From contig JACQZN010000062.1 of the NCBI GenBank assembly GCA_016213845.1, positions 1-45,709 of the forward strand: a stretch of DNA of 45,709 nt, in the 5' to 3' direction. Below the pieces are notes generated by a model. The model was not told the origin of the DNA. It was given only the letters and a program-made list of their open reading frames with translations, and made no database searches. Position numbers and translations under genes: made by a program. Positions 1 to 8,552 of this stretch are shown here, piece after piece. The DNA is from Candidatus Wallbacteria bacterium. Its GTDB lineage: Bacteria; Muiribacteriota; UBA6191; JACPRK01. The number at the start of each line of letters is the position of its first letter. Position 1 is the first letter of the stretch.

Positions 1-2828
1 CGGCTCTTCACGTCCAGAACGGCCAGCTCCGAGCTGGACGCCGCGATGGCGGCAATTGTAGAGCCGTCGGCGCTCACGGCGAAGCTCGAGACGCCGCGCC
101 GAGCGAAGAGACGCTGCGACACGCCGGTGCGGAGATCGAGCAAGATGAGATGGTCCCCCTGCGTCTCACTGAGCACGGCCTCTTGTCCGCCAGGAAGCAC
201 CTCGGCAAATGAGGCCGCGGCCGGAAGCGGCAGAGATGTCTGGCTTCCAGAATCCAGGTCGATCACCACGGCCCGGTTGGCCGTCGACTGGCTGGCAACG
301 AGCACTCGCCGGGAGTCGGGGAACACTGCCAGCGACCGGCCCTGGCCGATCGCGCCGAGCGGCACGACGCGCGTCGTGCCCGAGGACAGATCAACGCTCG
401 TGACCTGCTGCGACGACCGCGCCACGGCCCTTCGTCCATCGGGCGTGAAGGCGACCGCCTCGGTGCGCGGCCCGGTCGTCACGGTACGGACGACCACGAG
501 CTGCGCCAGGTCCACGATCAGCATGCGCCCCAGTCGGGTGGAGCGGATTGCGATGGCCGCCGTTCGGCTGTCCGGCGAGATCGCCAGCGTGAACGGGAAG
601 ACACCCGCTGCCCTGGGACCCGGCAGTGTCAGCGCGCGCGTCTTTCCGGACTCGATGTCCAGCACGGTCAGCACGTCGGCGGCGATCCCGCTGATCGCCA
701 CGACGGACTTGCCGTCCGGCGTCACGGCCAGTTGCAGCGCCAACGCAGGCACGGTGGTCTCCGTCACTGGCGGCGCCGAGCCGCTCGCGGACTGGCCCTC
801 TTCGGGCCCCCCCTGCATTGGACTATCGAAACCGGTCTCCCGGGCCGCTTGCGCCGCTTCCTCGCCCGGCGCGGCAACTGGCAAGGTCGAAGAGCTCGCG
901 ACCGTCTCGTAAGGCGCCGGGCCCGACGTCGGCGTCTTTGCCGCGACATCGGCAGGGGCCACGAAGAGGTAGAAAAAGGCTGCCTGGCTACGGCCCCGGG
1001 CGTCCCGGGCTCGCAGCGCCACGGTGTAGGGAGCAGCCCCGGACTCCTGGCTGGGTGTGCCCCTGATCGCGCCGTCGGGCGAAAGCGAAAGACCGGGGAC
1101 GAATCCATCGACCGTTGCCAGTCGGCCCTGCTCGGTGGTCCGCCGGACCAGCAACGACTCGTAGGTGAAGGGACCTTCGCCCTCGGCCTCCAACTGAGTG
1201 GAGTAACTGGAGCCGATGACTCCATCGGCGAGCCGGGGAAGGGTCCTGATCCGGAACGGGGCCGAGGTGAGGACGAACGGCCGCGAATCGCTATCGCCCG
1301 CGCCGTCGCGGACCTTCAATCGCAAGACGGCTCGCGCAGGCCCGGCCGGTGTGCCCGCGAGCAGCCCGCCGCCGGACAACGTGAGTCCCTCGGGCAGTGT
1401 CGAACCCGGCTCCAGAGACCACGTCAGCGGCGGTGTCCCGCCAAAGGCCGCCAGCTGCTGCCGCGCGGGGACGCCCACAACCACGGGCGCAAGCCCGGCC
1501 GGCATTGCGATGGTGAGCGGCAGCGGAATGCCCTCGGCATCCAGATTCCCGAGAACGTTCAGCGCCAGGGAGCGCGCCTCACGCGCCGGCTCGGGACTGT
1601 CGCCGACGGCGCGCCGCAGCATTGTCGTCAGCAGCCGCAGGAGCCGGCCGTCCGCGCGCGAGGCCGTTCGCGTCTCCGATGAAAAGAGCTCGGTGAGCAG
1701 GGCCCCCAGCCGCTCCTCTGCCAACCGGGCGAACGAGGACGCCGGAAACTCCGAGAGCAGGGCCCCGTACTCTTTCACTGCGCCGCCACGATCGCCATCC
1801 TTTCGGCGCAGCTCTGCGAGCTGAAAGCGGGCCAGGTCGCCCACGGGCGCCGCGAAGCTGTGAGCGGCGAGCGACTCGAGGCGAGCGATGGCAGCTGCGC
1901 TGTCGTTGTCGACATAGGCTTTGGTCAACGCCAGTCCCAGCTCGGCGCGGGCGTTGAGCTCGGCCGCGGTGATGGCCGAACGTGCGGAGCGCTGGACGAC
2001 GATCACGATGTCGGCCAGGTCGAGGAAGCCCCCGCTCGGTACGAAGAACTCTCCGAGAACGCGGTGGCGGGACGCCGAGACTTCCGGCCCTGCCGGCGAG
2101 CTCGTGCTGGCTCCTGCGGCGGCGAACTCTATGCTGGCTCCGGAGGAGTTTCCTTCTTCGACGAACGCGAGTCCCATCTGGATGTGGGCGCGTTGCGCGT
2201 CCATCGACGCCGGCGATCCGGACAGGTACTCGGTGTATGCGGCGCGAGCCTGCGGGAACTGCCGTGCTCTGAAGAAGGCATCTGCTAGCTTGAATCGGGC
2301 CTGCTGGCGAGTATCCCGCGAGAGACCGGTGTCCTCTGCGAGGGCGCGGAACGCCTCGATTGCTTCTGCGTTGGCGAGAAACTCGCCCGCGGCAGCCTCG
2401 TCCACGAATCCCTCTCGACCGCCATCGAGGCTTTCGAATTCAGACACGAAGGAGTTTCCGACTGCTAATCGGGCCTCGGCTGCCCGCTCCGGGTTAGCAG
2501 CGGCCGTCGCTGCCCTGTAAGCGGCGCGGGCGCCTTCGAAGTCTTCACGCGCCATACGAACGTCGCCGATGCCCAGCTGGGCCGAGAACGCCTCCGTGGA
2601 GGCCGGAAACTCTGCCAGCAACCGGGAATAGTTCTGCTCGGCCGCGTCCAGGTCGCCGCCGTCCCGGGCAACCTGGGCAAGCTGCAGGAGATCGCTAGCT
2701 GCCAGCACCGGCCGTGAAACCGTGCTCCCGCCGCCCCCGCCGCCCCCGCATCCGGAAATCGTCAAGGCACCGACAAGCAGGGCCACTACAACCACTGCGC
2801 CTCTGCCGGCACACCACAGGCCTCTCAA
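1..2828 (-). CDS. Partial lipoprotein with TPR-like repeats, two He_PIG (putative Ig) domains and YVTN-type beta-propeller repeats; the C-terminus lies beyond the window start
   Basis: Reverse-strand translation from a TTG at 2828..2826 (in-frame TGA two codons upstream, GGGAG SD about 7 nt upstream) gives (M)RGLWCAGRGAVVVVALLVGALTISGC GGGGGGG..., a signal peptide with lipobox ISG|C. TPR-like helical repeats follow. Two segments PPLTWSLEPGSTLPEGLTLSGGGLLAGTPAG and FTYESLL..GLSLSPDGAIRGTPSQ are He_PIG-like. Repeated LAVTPDGKSVVAI..LTVLDIESGK / AVAFTPDGRRAV / LAVFPDSRRVLVA units are YVTN beta-propeller-like. It is absent from the ORF track because it has no stop inside the window. Confidence 0.7.
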   Translation of the reverse strand, partial: MRGLWCAGRGAVVVVALLVGALTISGCGGGGGGGSTVSRPVLAASDLLQLAQVARDGGDLDAAEQNYSRLLAEFPASTEAFSAQLGIGDVRMAREDFEGARAAYRAATAAANPERAAEARLAVGNSFVSEFESLDGGREGFVDEAAAGEFLANAEAIEAFRALAEDTGLSRDTRQQARFKLADAFFRARQFPQARAAYTEYLSGSPASMDAQRAHIQMGLAFVEEGNSSGASIEFAAAGASTSSPAGPEVSASRHRVLGEFFVPSGGFLDLADIVIVVQRSARSAITAAELNARAELGLALTKAYVDNDSAAAIARLESLAAHSFAAPVGDLARFQLAELRRKDGDRGGAVKEYGALLSEFPASSFARLAEERLGALLTELFSSETRTASRADGRLLRLLTTMLRRAVGDSPEPAREARSLALNVLGNLDAEGIPLPLTIAMPAGLAPVVVGVPARQQLAAFGGTPPLTWSLEPGSTLPEGLTLSGGGLLAGTPAGPARAVLRLKVRDGAGDSDSRPFVLTSAPFRIRTLPRLADGVIGSSYSTQLEAEGEGPFTYESLLVRRTTEQGRLATVDGFVPGLSLSPDGAIRGTPSQESGAAPYTVALRARDARGRSQAAFFYLFVAPADVAAKTPTSGPAPYETVASSSTLPVAAPGEEAAQAARETGFDSPMQGGPEEGQSASGSAPPVTETTVPALALQLAVTPDGKSVVAISGIAADVLTVLDIESGKTRALTLPGPRAAGVFPFTLAISPDSRTAAIAIRSTRLGRMLIVDLAQLVVVRTVTTGPRTEAVAFTPDGRRAVARSSQQVTSVDLSSGTTRVVPLGAIGQGRSLAVFPDSRRVLVASQSTANRAVVIDLDSGSQTSLPLPAAASFAEVLPGGQEAVLSETQGDHLILLDLRTGVSQRLFARRGVSSFAVSADGSTIAAIAASSSELAVLDVKS

Positions 2829-3133
2829 TTCTCACTCCCTCCCGGGCTGCTACTCGACGGGTATCGACCCGGCACCCCGCGAGGGTCCGGCACTCGAACA
2901 GCGGCTCCCGGTGCGCGTGACAGTCTATCCCGGTCCTCCGAGCCTGGGCAAGCCCGGGATGGGTTGCGACCATGTCCCCGTCAAAGTCGGAGCCGCGGAG
3001 GCGGAAATCGGGGGCTGGCTCCGAAACCCCGCATGAAATCTGCCCCATGCCGAACCGGTTGCTTGGGGTTTCGGTGCAGGTACTTGATTTCCGCCGACTT
3101 TGCCGGAGCCCTCGGGTTGCGACTTCTACCCGC

Positions 3134-4303
3134 TCAGTTGCTGGCGCCGGGACCGGCTCGCGGCAGCAGGAAGGAGAACCGGCATCCCAGGCCTGGCTCG
3201 CTGTCGACCGAGATTCGACCGCCGTGAGCCTCGACCAGGTCCTTGCAGATGGCGAGCCCCAGCCCTACGCCGTTGGTGTGGCCCTCGGCGCGAGCTCCGC
3301 GGCGGAAGCGCTCGAAGAGCTGCTCTCTTTCTTCGTTGCAAAGTCCCGGACCGTGGTCGACGACTTCGAAACGGACCCAGTCTGCCCCGTCGGCGGTGAC
3401 GCGGATCTCGATGGTATCGTCGGGCGCGGAGTACTTGGTCGCGTTGACGAGAAGGTTGTCCAGGACGCGGTAGATCTTGCCCTCGTCGCACCAGATCATG
3501 GGGTCGCCTTCGATGGGCGTCGCCAGGAAGATCTGGCGTCGAGCCTCGGCCTGGCGCTCCAGCTCGGCGATGCACTGGCTGGTGAGCTGGTTGATGTTGA
3601 CCCACTGGCCTCTCAGCTCGAACTGGCCGGACTGTAGCGTGTAGAGATCGAGTACCGACTCGATCAAGCGGAGCTGCCGGCGGACGGCGCTCTGGATCAT
3701 CGCCGCCCAACGCTTGCGATCCGGTACCTCGACGGCTTTCCCCAGGCTCTCGGCTGCCAGCAGAATGGTTCCGAGCGGACTGCGCATATCGTGCGCGGCC
3801 ATCGAGTGGAAGCAGGTGTTCAGCTCGATACGCTCCTCGAGCATGCTGGCGACGTCGTCGAAGAGGCGAAGGGTCGAGGCGCCCTCTGCCGGCCTGGCCC
3901 CGGGTGCGGGATGAGCCCTTAGCCGCACGCTGAAGTCCCCGGCAGCGAAAGCCTCGAGACCCTGGTTCAACTCCTGGAGGAGTGCCCGGCTCTGGTCCCT
4001 CTCGGCCTGCGCCCTGCGGAGCTCGGCGCGCAGCTCCGCCAGCCTGCCATGGCGCTCCCGGCCCTCCGGGTGTTCATCGGCGTGGCCGGCCGGTTCGGAA
4101 AGCGAGCCACGGCGGATCCCCTCCACCATCTGCTCCAGGGAGTGGCGAATCCGCGAAGGGTGCCCTGCGTCAGGCTCACCCGAGCTCAAGAAGGCTTCCA
4201 CGGGCAGGTGGCCTAGCTCGGAGGACTCTCCTGTCTCACCGGACTCTGACGGATCTGCACACTGCAGCGGCGGTTGCAATTCTGGGCTCTCCTGCTCTTC
4301 CAT
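3134..4303 (-). CDS. Soluble sensor histidine kinase (HisKA + HATPase_c), no TM segment or recognisable sensor domain
   Basis: H-box FHSMAAHDMRSPLGTIL and the N/G1/G2 boxes (LDNLLVNATKY, DHGPGL, GVGLGLAICKDLVEAHGGRI) are present. I place the start at M46 (ATG 4303) because a GGAGGG SD lies 7 nt upstream, whereas the TTG at 4438 is preceded by an anti-SD CCTCC. The N-terminus is acidic and disordered, followed by a coiled coil. Confidence 0.8.
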   Translation of the reverse strand: MEEQESPELQPPLQCADPSESGETGESSELGHLPVEAFLSSGEPDAGHPSRIRHSLEQMVEGIRRGSLSEPAGHADEHPEGRERHGRLAELRAELRRAQAERDQSRALLQELNQGLEAFAAGDFSVRLRAHPAPGARPAEGASTLRLFDDVASMLEERIELNTCFHSMAAHDMRSPLGTILLAAESLGKAVEVPDRKRWAAMIQSAVRRQLRLIESVLDLYTLQSGQFELRGQWVNINQLTSQCIAELERQAEARRQIFLATPIEGDPMIWCDEGKIYRVLDNLLVNATKYSAPDDTIEIRVTADGADWVRFEVVDHGPGLCNEEREQLFERFRRGARAEGHTNGVGLGLAICKDLVEAHGGRISVDSEPGLGCRFSFLLPRAGPGASN

Positions 4304-4495
4304 CCTGCTTCCCTCCCTATCGGCGCGGTCGCGCACCCTCTCGTGTGGGCGCCGATCCGCTACGAACTCCGGGAACTGGCCTGAGAGTGTGAAGTTCGGC
4401 ACGTTCGATCTACCCATGAGACGGACGAGGCCAGACAACTTGCGGGAGGTTGCGAGATTCGCCCGTTCGGACGATCCGGGTCCGCCGCAGGAGGC

Positions 4496-5458
4496 CTAGC
4501 TGCCCGGATCGCGATGAACCGTGGGCGGGATGCTGGCCAGCAACTCCGAGAGGTCGGCGCCGATGTCGGCCTCGCTGACGGCCCGCACCAGGCTTGCGGC
4601 CTCCTGGATGCCGAGCTTGAAGTCGCGGGTCAGCCGCAGCGTCGCGTTTCGGACCATCTCGCGGCGGACGCGATCGATCCAGCGGCTGATGCGGCTCTCG
4701 TGCACGCGGTAGAGGGCGGCGATGTCTCGCTGCTTGGCGCAGTCGACGTAGACCAGCTTCAGCAGGAGCCGGTCGGACTCGTCCAGGTCTGCCAGGGCGG
4801 CCGGAATGGCAATGGAGAGCATCCTGCGGCGTTCATCGATCAGGTAAAGCTGCTCGGCGCTGGGGGCCACTCGAGGCGAGGGCTGCTCCGGCCGGTGCAC
4901 CTCCGATTCCTGAACGCTCTCCAGGGGCACCTCACGTCCCCGCCGGCGGGCCAGGTCGATGATGCGGTGGCGCAGCACCAGCCAGAGCCACCGGGAGAGC
5001 GTGCTCGCTCCCGTGTAGCTCATGATGCGGCTGCGACCGTCGGCCCGGTCGGTGAAGAAAAGGTCGGCCATCACTTCGGAGGCGACTTCGTCGGCCAGCG
5101 AGCGGTCCCGGGTCAGGCGTCTGGCCGCCTGCAGGAGAAAGTCCCCGAAACGGGCCGAGAAGATCTCCCACGACGCCGGCTGGCCACCGGCCATGGCGCA
5201 GGCCAGCAGCAGGTCCGGGTAGTGCAGCGCTTGCAAGACCTCCTCGAGCGATCCCGCGGGGCCTGTCCCACCGACGACGCGCTCGCAGGCGCTGCGCAGG
5301 ACGCGTTCGAAAAACACCTCCGGGTCGACCCGGATGGTTCCGAGCTCGGCCTGGGCCTGCGCGTGGGTGGCGGTCAGGCGTTCGCGATGGACCTCGAGCA
5401 GCGCGCGACGAGCGTCGGGCGAGCCCGCCAGATACTCGCGGCAGAGGGTGACGTCCAT
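4496..5458 (-). CDS. ECF-type sigma-70 family factor (regions 2 and 4 only) with an N-terminal extension of about 110 aa
   Basis: Region 2 (ADLFFTDRADG...SRWLWLVLRHRIIDLARRR) and the region 4 HTH (LLLKLVYVDCAKQRDIAALYRVHESRISRWIDRVRR) are present with no region 3. The ATG at 5458 (residue 244 of the 563-aa track ORF) has GAGGTG 5 nt upstream. The rest of the track ORF upstream is Arg/Gly-rich junk. Confidence 0.8.
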   Translation of the reverse strand: MDVTLCREYLAGSPDARRALLEVHRERLTATHAQAQAELGTIRVDPEVFFERVLRSACERVVGGTGPAGSLEEVLQALHYPDLLLACAMAGGQPASWEIFSARFGDFLLQAARRLTRDRSLADEVASEVMADLFFTDRADGRSRIMSYTGASTLSRWLWLVLRHRIIDLARRRGREVPLESVQESEVHRPEQPSPRVAPSAEQLYLIDERRRMLSIAIPAALADLDESDRLLLKLVYVDCAKQRDIAALYRVHESRISRWIDRVRREMVRNATLRLTRDFKLGIQEAASLVRAVSEADIGADLSELLASIPPTVHRDPGS

Positions 5459-5610
5459 GGGGCGCACCTCGAACGGTAGCATCCCAGGAGTCGCCGGGCA
5501 AGCTGGGAGTTGCGGCCGGGCGAACGCGCACCGGGATTCGAGCCCCCGAGCACCAAACTGAAGCCTCACCCCCGTGCCGCTGGCAATGGCTCGGGAGGGG
5601 CGGTAGGCCA

Positions 5611-6246
5611 TCAGGCTCCTGCGGTTATCCAGATGGAGGCCACGCGCTCCATGGCCAGCTCCGCGATGTGAACCCAGCCGAGCTGATCGGTCTTGCCGGC
5701 GACCTGGCGTCCCGTGTCGAGCTCCAGCTCCGTGACGGCACCGGCAATCGGCATGCCCGAGGTCTTGGTGATGCGGACATACAGACCCGCTCCGGGGCCG
5801 GCCTCCACTCGCTTCAGACTGAGCCGGTAGGGCCCCAGGACTATGGAGTTGGCACCCTCGATCTCGGGCGCCCGGTCGCGGAAGGCGGGTGCTGGCTGCT
5901 GCAGGTTGCCCAGGTCGAAGGCGCCCTCCAGCAGGGATTCCGCGGCGCCGACGGCATTCGAGAGGGCGATCTTCAATCCTATCCATCGGCTTCCCGGCGT
6001 CTGCTGCGTTGGCTGAACCAAAGCGGCCGGGACGGCCTCCACCAGGTCGTCCAGCTCCAGCGAGGACGCGAAGAGCGCGGCGTGCCTGCAGGGAGAGCAT
6101 CCGGTCAGATGGGTCTCCACCTTGAGCCGCTCCTCCCGGGTGAGCGTGCGCTCCACATAACCGGCAAGCAGGTTCGCGTCGACGCAACCGCCGGTGTCGT
6201 CCGACGAGTCAGCCAGCAGTTGCCCTAGTGGAGTCTTCATCGTCAA
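5611..6246 (-). CDS. zf-HC2 (ZAS-type) putative anti-sigma factor
   Basis: The N-terminus CVDANLLAGYVERTLTREERLKVETHLTGCSPCRH matches the zinc anti-sigma Hx3Cx2C pattern. It lies immediately upstream of, and on the same strand as, the ECF sigma gene, which is the reverse of the usual sigma-then-anti-sigma order. There is a TTG at 6246, and ATG at 6240 is an alternative start. Confidence 0.6.
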   Translation of the reverse strand: MTMKTPLGQLLADSSDDTGGCVDANLLAGYVERTLTREERLKVETHLTGCSPCRHAALFASSLELDDLVEAVPAALVQPTQQTPGSRWIGLKIALSNAVGAAESLLEGAFDLGNLQQPAPAFRDRAPEIEGANSIVLGPYRLSLKRVEAGPGAGLYVRITKTSGMPIAGAVTELELDTGRQVAGKTDQLGWVHIAELAMERVASIWITAGA

Positions 6247-6287
6247 GGCCCCCTCGTGTGGTCGCCAGTGGCGGCCGGCGTCAGCCG

Positions 6288-6303
6288 CGGAACGGAGGTT
6301 CCG
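6288..6303. promoter_or_regulatory. Palindrome CGGAAC-GGAG-GTTCCG in the divergent region between the anti-sigma/sigma operon and the OMP genes
   Basis: Perfect 6-bp inverted arms seen in the sequence. GGAAC is the canonical ECF -35 core and is presented on both strands here. On the + strand GTCTA follows only about 13 nt downstream, which is shorter than the usual 16-17 nt spacer, so a promoter call is weak. Confidence 0.25.
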
Positions 6304-6491
6304 CCAGTCTACCCAACTCTAGGACGGGCTGGGGTTGGAAACTTGCGCCTCCGCGGATGAAGGGCTTCCCTCACCGGCCAGGCGCTGACCCGCGGTGCCC
6401 CGTTCGAATGACCTTATCGGAACGAGCGAATCGGACGAAAAGAGGTGTGGAGCCTCGCGCCGAGAGTCCGCGTGCCTCCGCCTACCGGAAC

Positions 6492-7529
6492 ATGCCAGAT
6501 CGCAAGCTCGCAGCCAAGGGGATCTCGACAGGGGGGCTGTGGCGCTACGTCCGGACCTTGCTCATGTGTGTGTTGACCACGGGCCTGGCGGCTGGCCAGG
6601 AGGCGCCGGGCCCCAGACCGTACGCCGAGGTGCTGGCCGAGATCGCAGGCATGGCTCGTCCCGCGGCGGTGACGCGGCGTCCCCTGCTGGTCGACCGGCC
6701 CATCGTCCTCGACTTCCCGGAGCAGTCGATCGTGCTCGGCCATCGCACGCGGGTAGATGAGCGGCCCGAGCCGGTGTCCGCCGCCGGCTTTCCCGGCCTG
6801 ACGTTCCAGACCCGCGCCTCGACTCGAGAGGCCTTCGTCGAGGCCCGCCGCCGGCTGGGGGACCGTACCGAGCTCGGAATCCGTGTGCCGTTCGTCGATG
6901 CCAAGGAGACTCGCCCTACTCGGATCCAGCCACTGGCCACCGCTCCTTTCTTCACGACGCTGGAAGACGTAAGGACCGAAAGCGGCATCGGCGACGTCAC
7001 CCTCACCGTGGCCCGCGCCGCGAACCGACCTGGCCTGAGCCGAAGGGTCGCGCTCGACCTCAAGCTAGCGAACGCGACCGCCTCGGTTCCCGATGTGCGG
7101 AGCCTGCCGCTCGGCAGCGGGCAGATGGACATGGCGCTCTCCTATGGCGTCAAGCGCACCCGCGGCCGCTTCGCCGCCACCGCTGTCGCGGGCGCCACGC
7201 TCCGGATGGAGGGAACGGCCAGTGACCTTTCGGGGCGTGCGCTCGAGCTAGACCCGGGCGATCAGCTCCAGCTCACCCTTCGGGCCGATCGAGCCGTGCG
7301 GGACTGGCTGACGGCCTCCCTTGTCCTCGAGGGCCAAGCTGCCGGACGCGAGTCGATCGGCGGCGTGGAGGTGGTCGGCACGTCGCGCCAGGTCGTGACC
7401 GCCTCGCCCGTTCTGACCTACCAGGCCTCCGAGGTGCTCGAGGTCATCGCCTCGGCGCGTTACTCGATGCTGGCCCACGGCGTCGCCGACGCGCCGCTCT
7501 TCGAGGCCGCCCTGAGGTGGCGCTACTGA
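6492..7529 (+). CDS. Putative outer-membrane beta-barrel protein (paralogue of the next gene)
   Basis: Signal-peptide-like N-terminus MPDRKLAAKGISTGGLWRYVRTLLMCVLTTGLAAGQEAPG, alternating amphipathic beta-strand pattern, a GIGDVTLTV motif and a C-terminal ...ALRWRY. Start candidates in the same frame are 6357, 6408 and 6492. I chose the last because it is closest to the hydrophobic core. Confidence 0.5.
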   Translation: MPDRKLAAKGISTGGLWRYVRTLLMCVLTTGLAAGQEAPGPRPYAEVLAEIAGMARPAAVTRRPLLVDRPIVLDFPEQSIVLGHRTRVDERPEPVSAAGFPGLTFQTRASTREAFVEARRRLGDRTELGIRVPFVDAKETRPTRIQPLATAPFFTTLEDVRTESGIGDVTLTVARAANRPGLSRRVALDLKLANATASVPDVRSLPLGSGQMDMALSYGVKRTRGRFAATAVAGATLRMEGTASDLSGRALELDPGDQLQLTLRADRAVRDWLTASLVLEGQAAGRESIGGVEVVGTSRQVVTASPVLTYQASEVLEVIASARYSMLAHGVADAPLFEAALRWRY

Positions 7530-8548
7530 TGGACCCGCGCGTGGCCACCAACGCCCATCTCCTCCCGACGCCCGCACGACTGGTGCTGCTGGCGGGGGCG
7601 GCGCTGCTGGCGTCCTGCGGGCACCTGGCCGCCCAGGCCATTCCGAGCGCCCTGCCGGCCATCGGTAAGCCGCTCGATATCCGCGATACTCGCAACATCA
7701 CGGCCCCGGATGGGCAAGTGGTGGTGACTGCAAGTCACATCTACCAGGTGGCCACGAAGGCCTTCGACTCCGACGGCCGCCGCCGGGACCTGCCGCTGGA
7801 TCAGACGGTGCGCCTGCAATCTCTGCCGGTCCTGGCCACCTACGGCCTCACGAGCCGCTGGAACGTCGGCGCCGGTGCCAGTCTCGTCAACTCGATCGAG
7901 CGCAAGCAGTCCGTCCTCAATTTCGTCCCGGGGGCCACCCTCCTGGAGCAGGCCCTGCCCGTGGGCAGCGTCAGCACGATCGAATCGTCGGGCGACGGGG
8001 TCGGCGACTTGAACCTGGTCGCACAGTACCGGCCGGGCTGGTTCTCCGGCGACCGCGTGGAGTCCCTGCTGGCGGTGGACGTGGTCGCGCCGACGGCCGG
8101 CAGCACGCCGGGGGGGCCGCTGGACCTGGCCTTGGGGCAGGGGTACTGGACCTACCGGCTCTCGTACTCGGCCGTCAAGGAGATCTTCCCGATAACCTAC
8201 TTCGCCCGCGCCGGCTACGAGTGGAACCGGCCGGACACGCTCTCGACGGCGACCGGCGGCACCTTTCGGCTCGACGCGGGTGATGGAGTGAATTACGCCG
8301 CTGGAGCCAGTTACTCCATTGGGGCGCGCTTCTCGCTTCAGGCGCTGGCGGTCGGCAGTTGGCACGAGGAGACCGTCCGCAGCAATGTCCCGGCGCGCGG
8401 TCCGGCCACTCGCAGCCTCGACTTTCGCCCCGGATACACTTTCCGGCTGGGAAGTCTGCAGCTCACGCAGCAGCTGGCGATCCCTCTGGCCGGCGCCAAC
8501 ACTCTGGCGCCCGAGGGAATCCTGACGACCGTGGAGTACAGGTTCTGA
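7529..8548 (+). CDS. Putative outer-membrane beta-barrel protein
   Basis: Signal peptide (LLPTPARLVLLAGAALLASCGHLAAQA), a beta-strand-rich body with a GDGVGDLNLVAQY motif, and the classic C-terminal ...TTVEYRF OMP signature. ATG 7529 overlaps the upstream TGA (TGATG), and GTG 7517 is an alternative start. LLAS|C also fits a lipobox loosely. Confidence 0.6.
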   Translation: MDPRVATNAHLLPTPARLVLLAGAALLASCGHLAAQAIPSALPAIGKPLDIRDTRNITAPDGQVVVTASHIYQVATKAFDSDGRRRDLPLDQTVRLQSLPVLATYGLTSRWNVGAGASLVNSIERKQSVLNFVPGATLLEQALPVGSVSTIESSGDGVGDLNLVAQYRPGWFSGDRVESLLAVDVVAPTAGSTPGGPLDLALGQGYWTYRLSYSAVKEIFPITYFARAGYEWNRPDTLSTATGGTFRLDAGDGVNYAAGASYSIGARFSLQALAVGSWHEETVRSNVPARGPATRSLDFRPGYTFRLGSLQLTQQLAIPLAGANTLAPEGILTTVEYRF

Positions 8549-8552
8549 ACGC

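Noticed and set aside
5459-5610. tRNA-like T-loop motif (GGCTCGAATCC) on the minus strand between the anti-sigma and sigma genes
   Set aside because: Only a 3-bp T-stem can form, and no acceptor, D or anticodon arms could be built around it. It is probably chance, or at most a degraded remnant.
4304-6187. N-terminal 243 residues of the 563-aa track ORF 4496..6187, which would fuse the sigma factor to upstream sequence
   Set aside because: That stretch is Arg/Gly/Pro-rich junk. It crosses the 152-nt intergenic region and the anti-sigma gene in another frame. A good SD precedes the internal ATG at 5458.
7529-7640. Lipobox-like LLAS|C in the OMP-2 signal peptide
   Set aside because: The protein otherwise has the features of an integral beta-barrel ending in YRF. 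A signal-peptidase-I site (AAQA|IP) lies a few residues further on. Lipoprotein status is left open.
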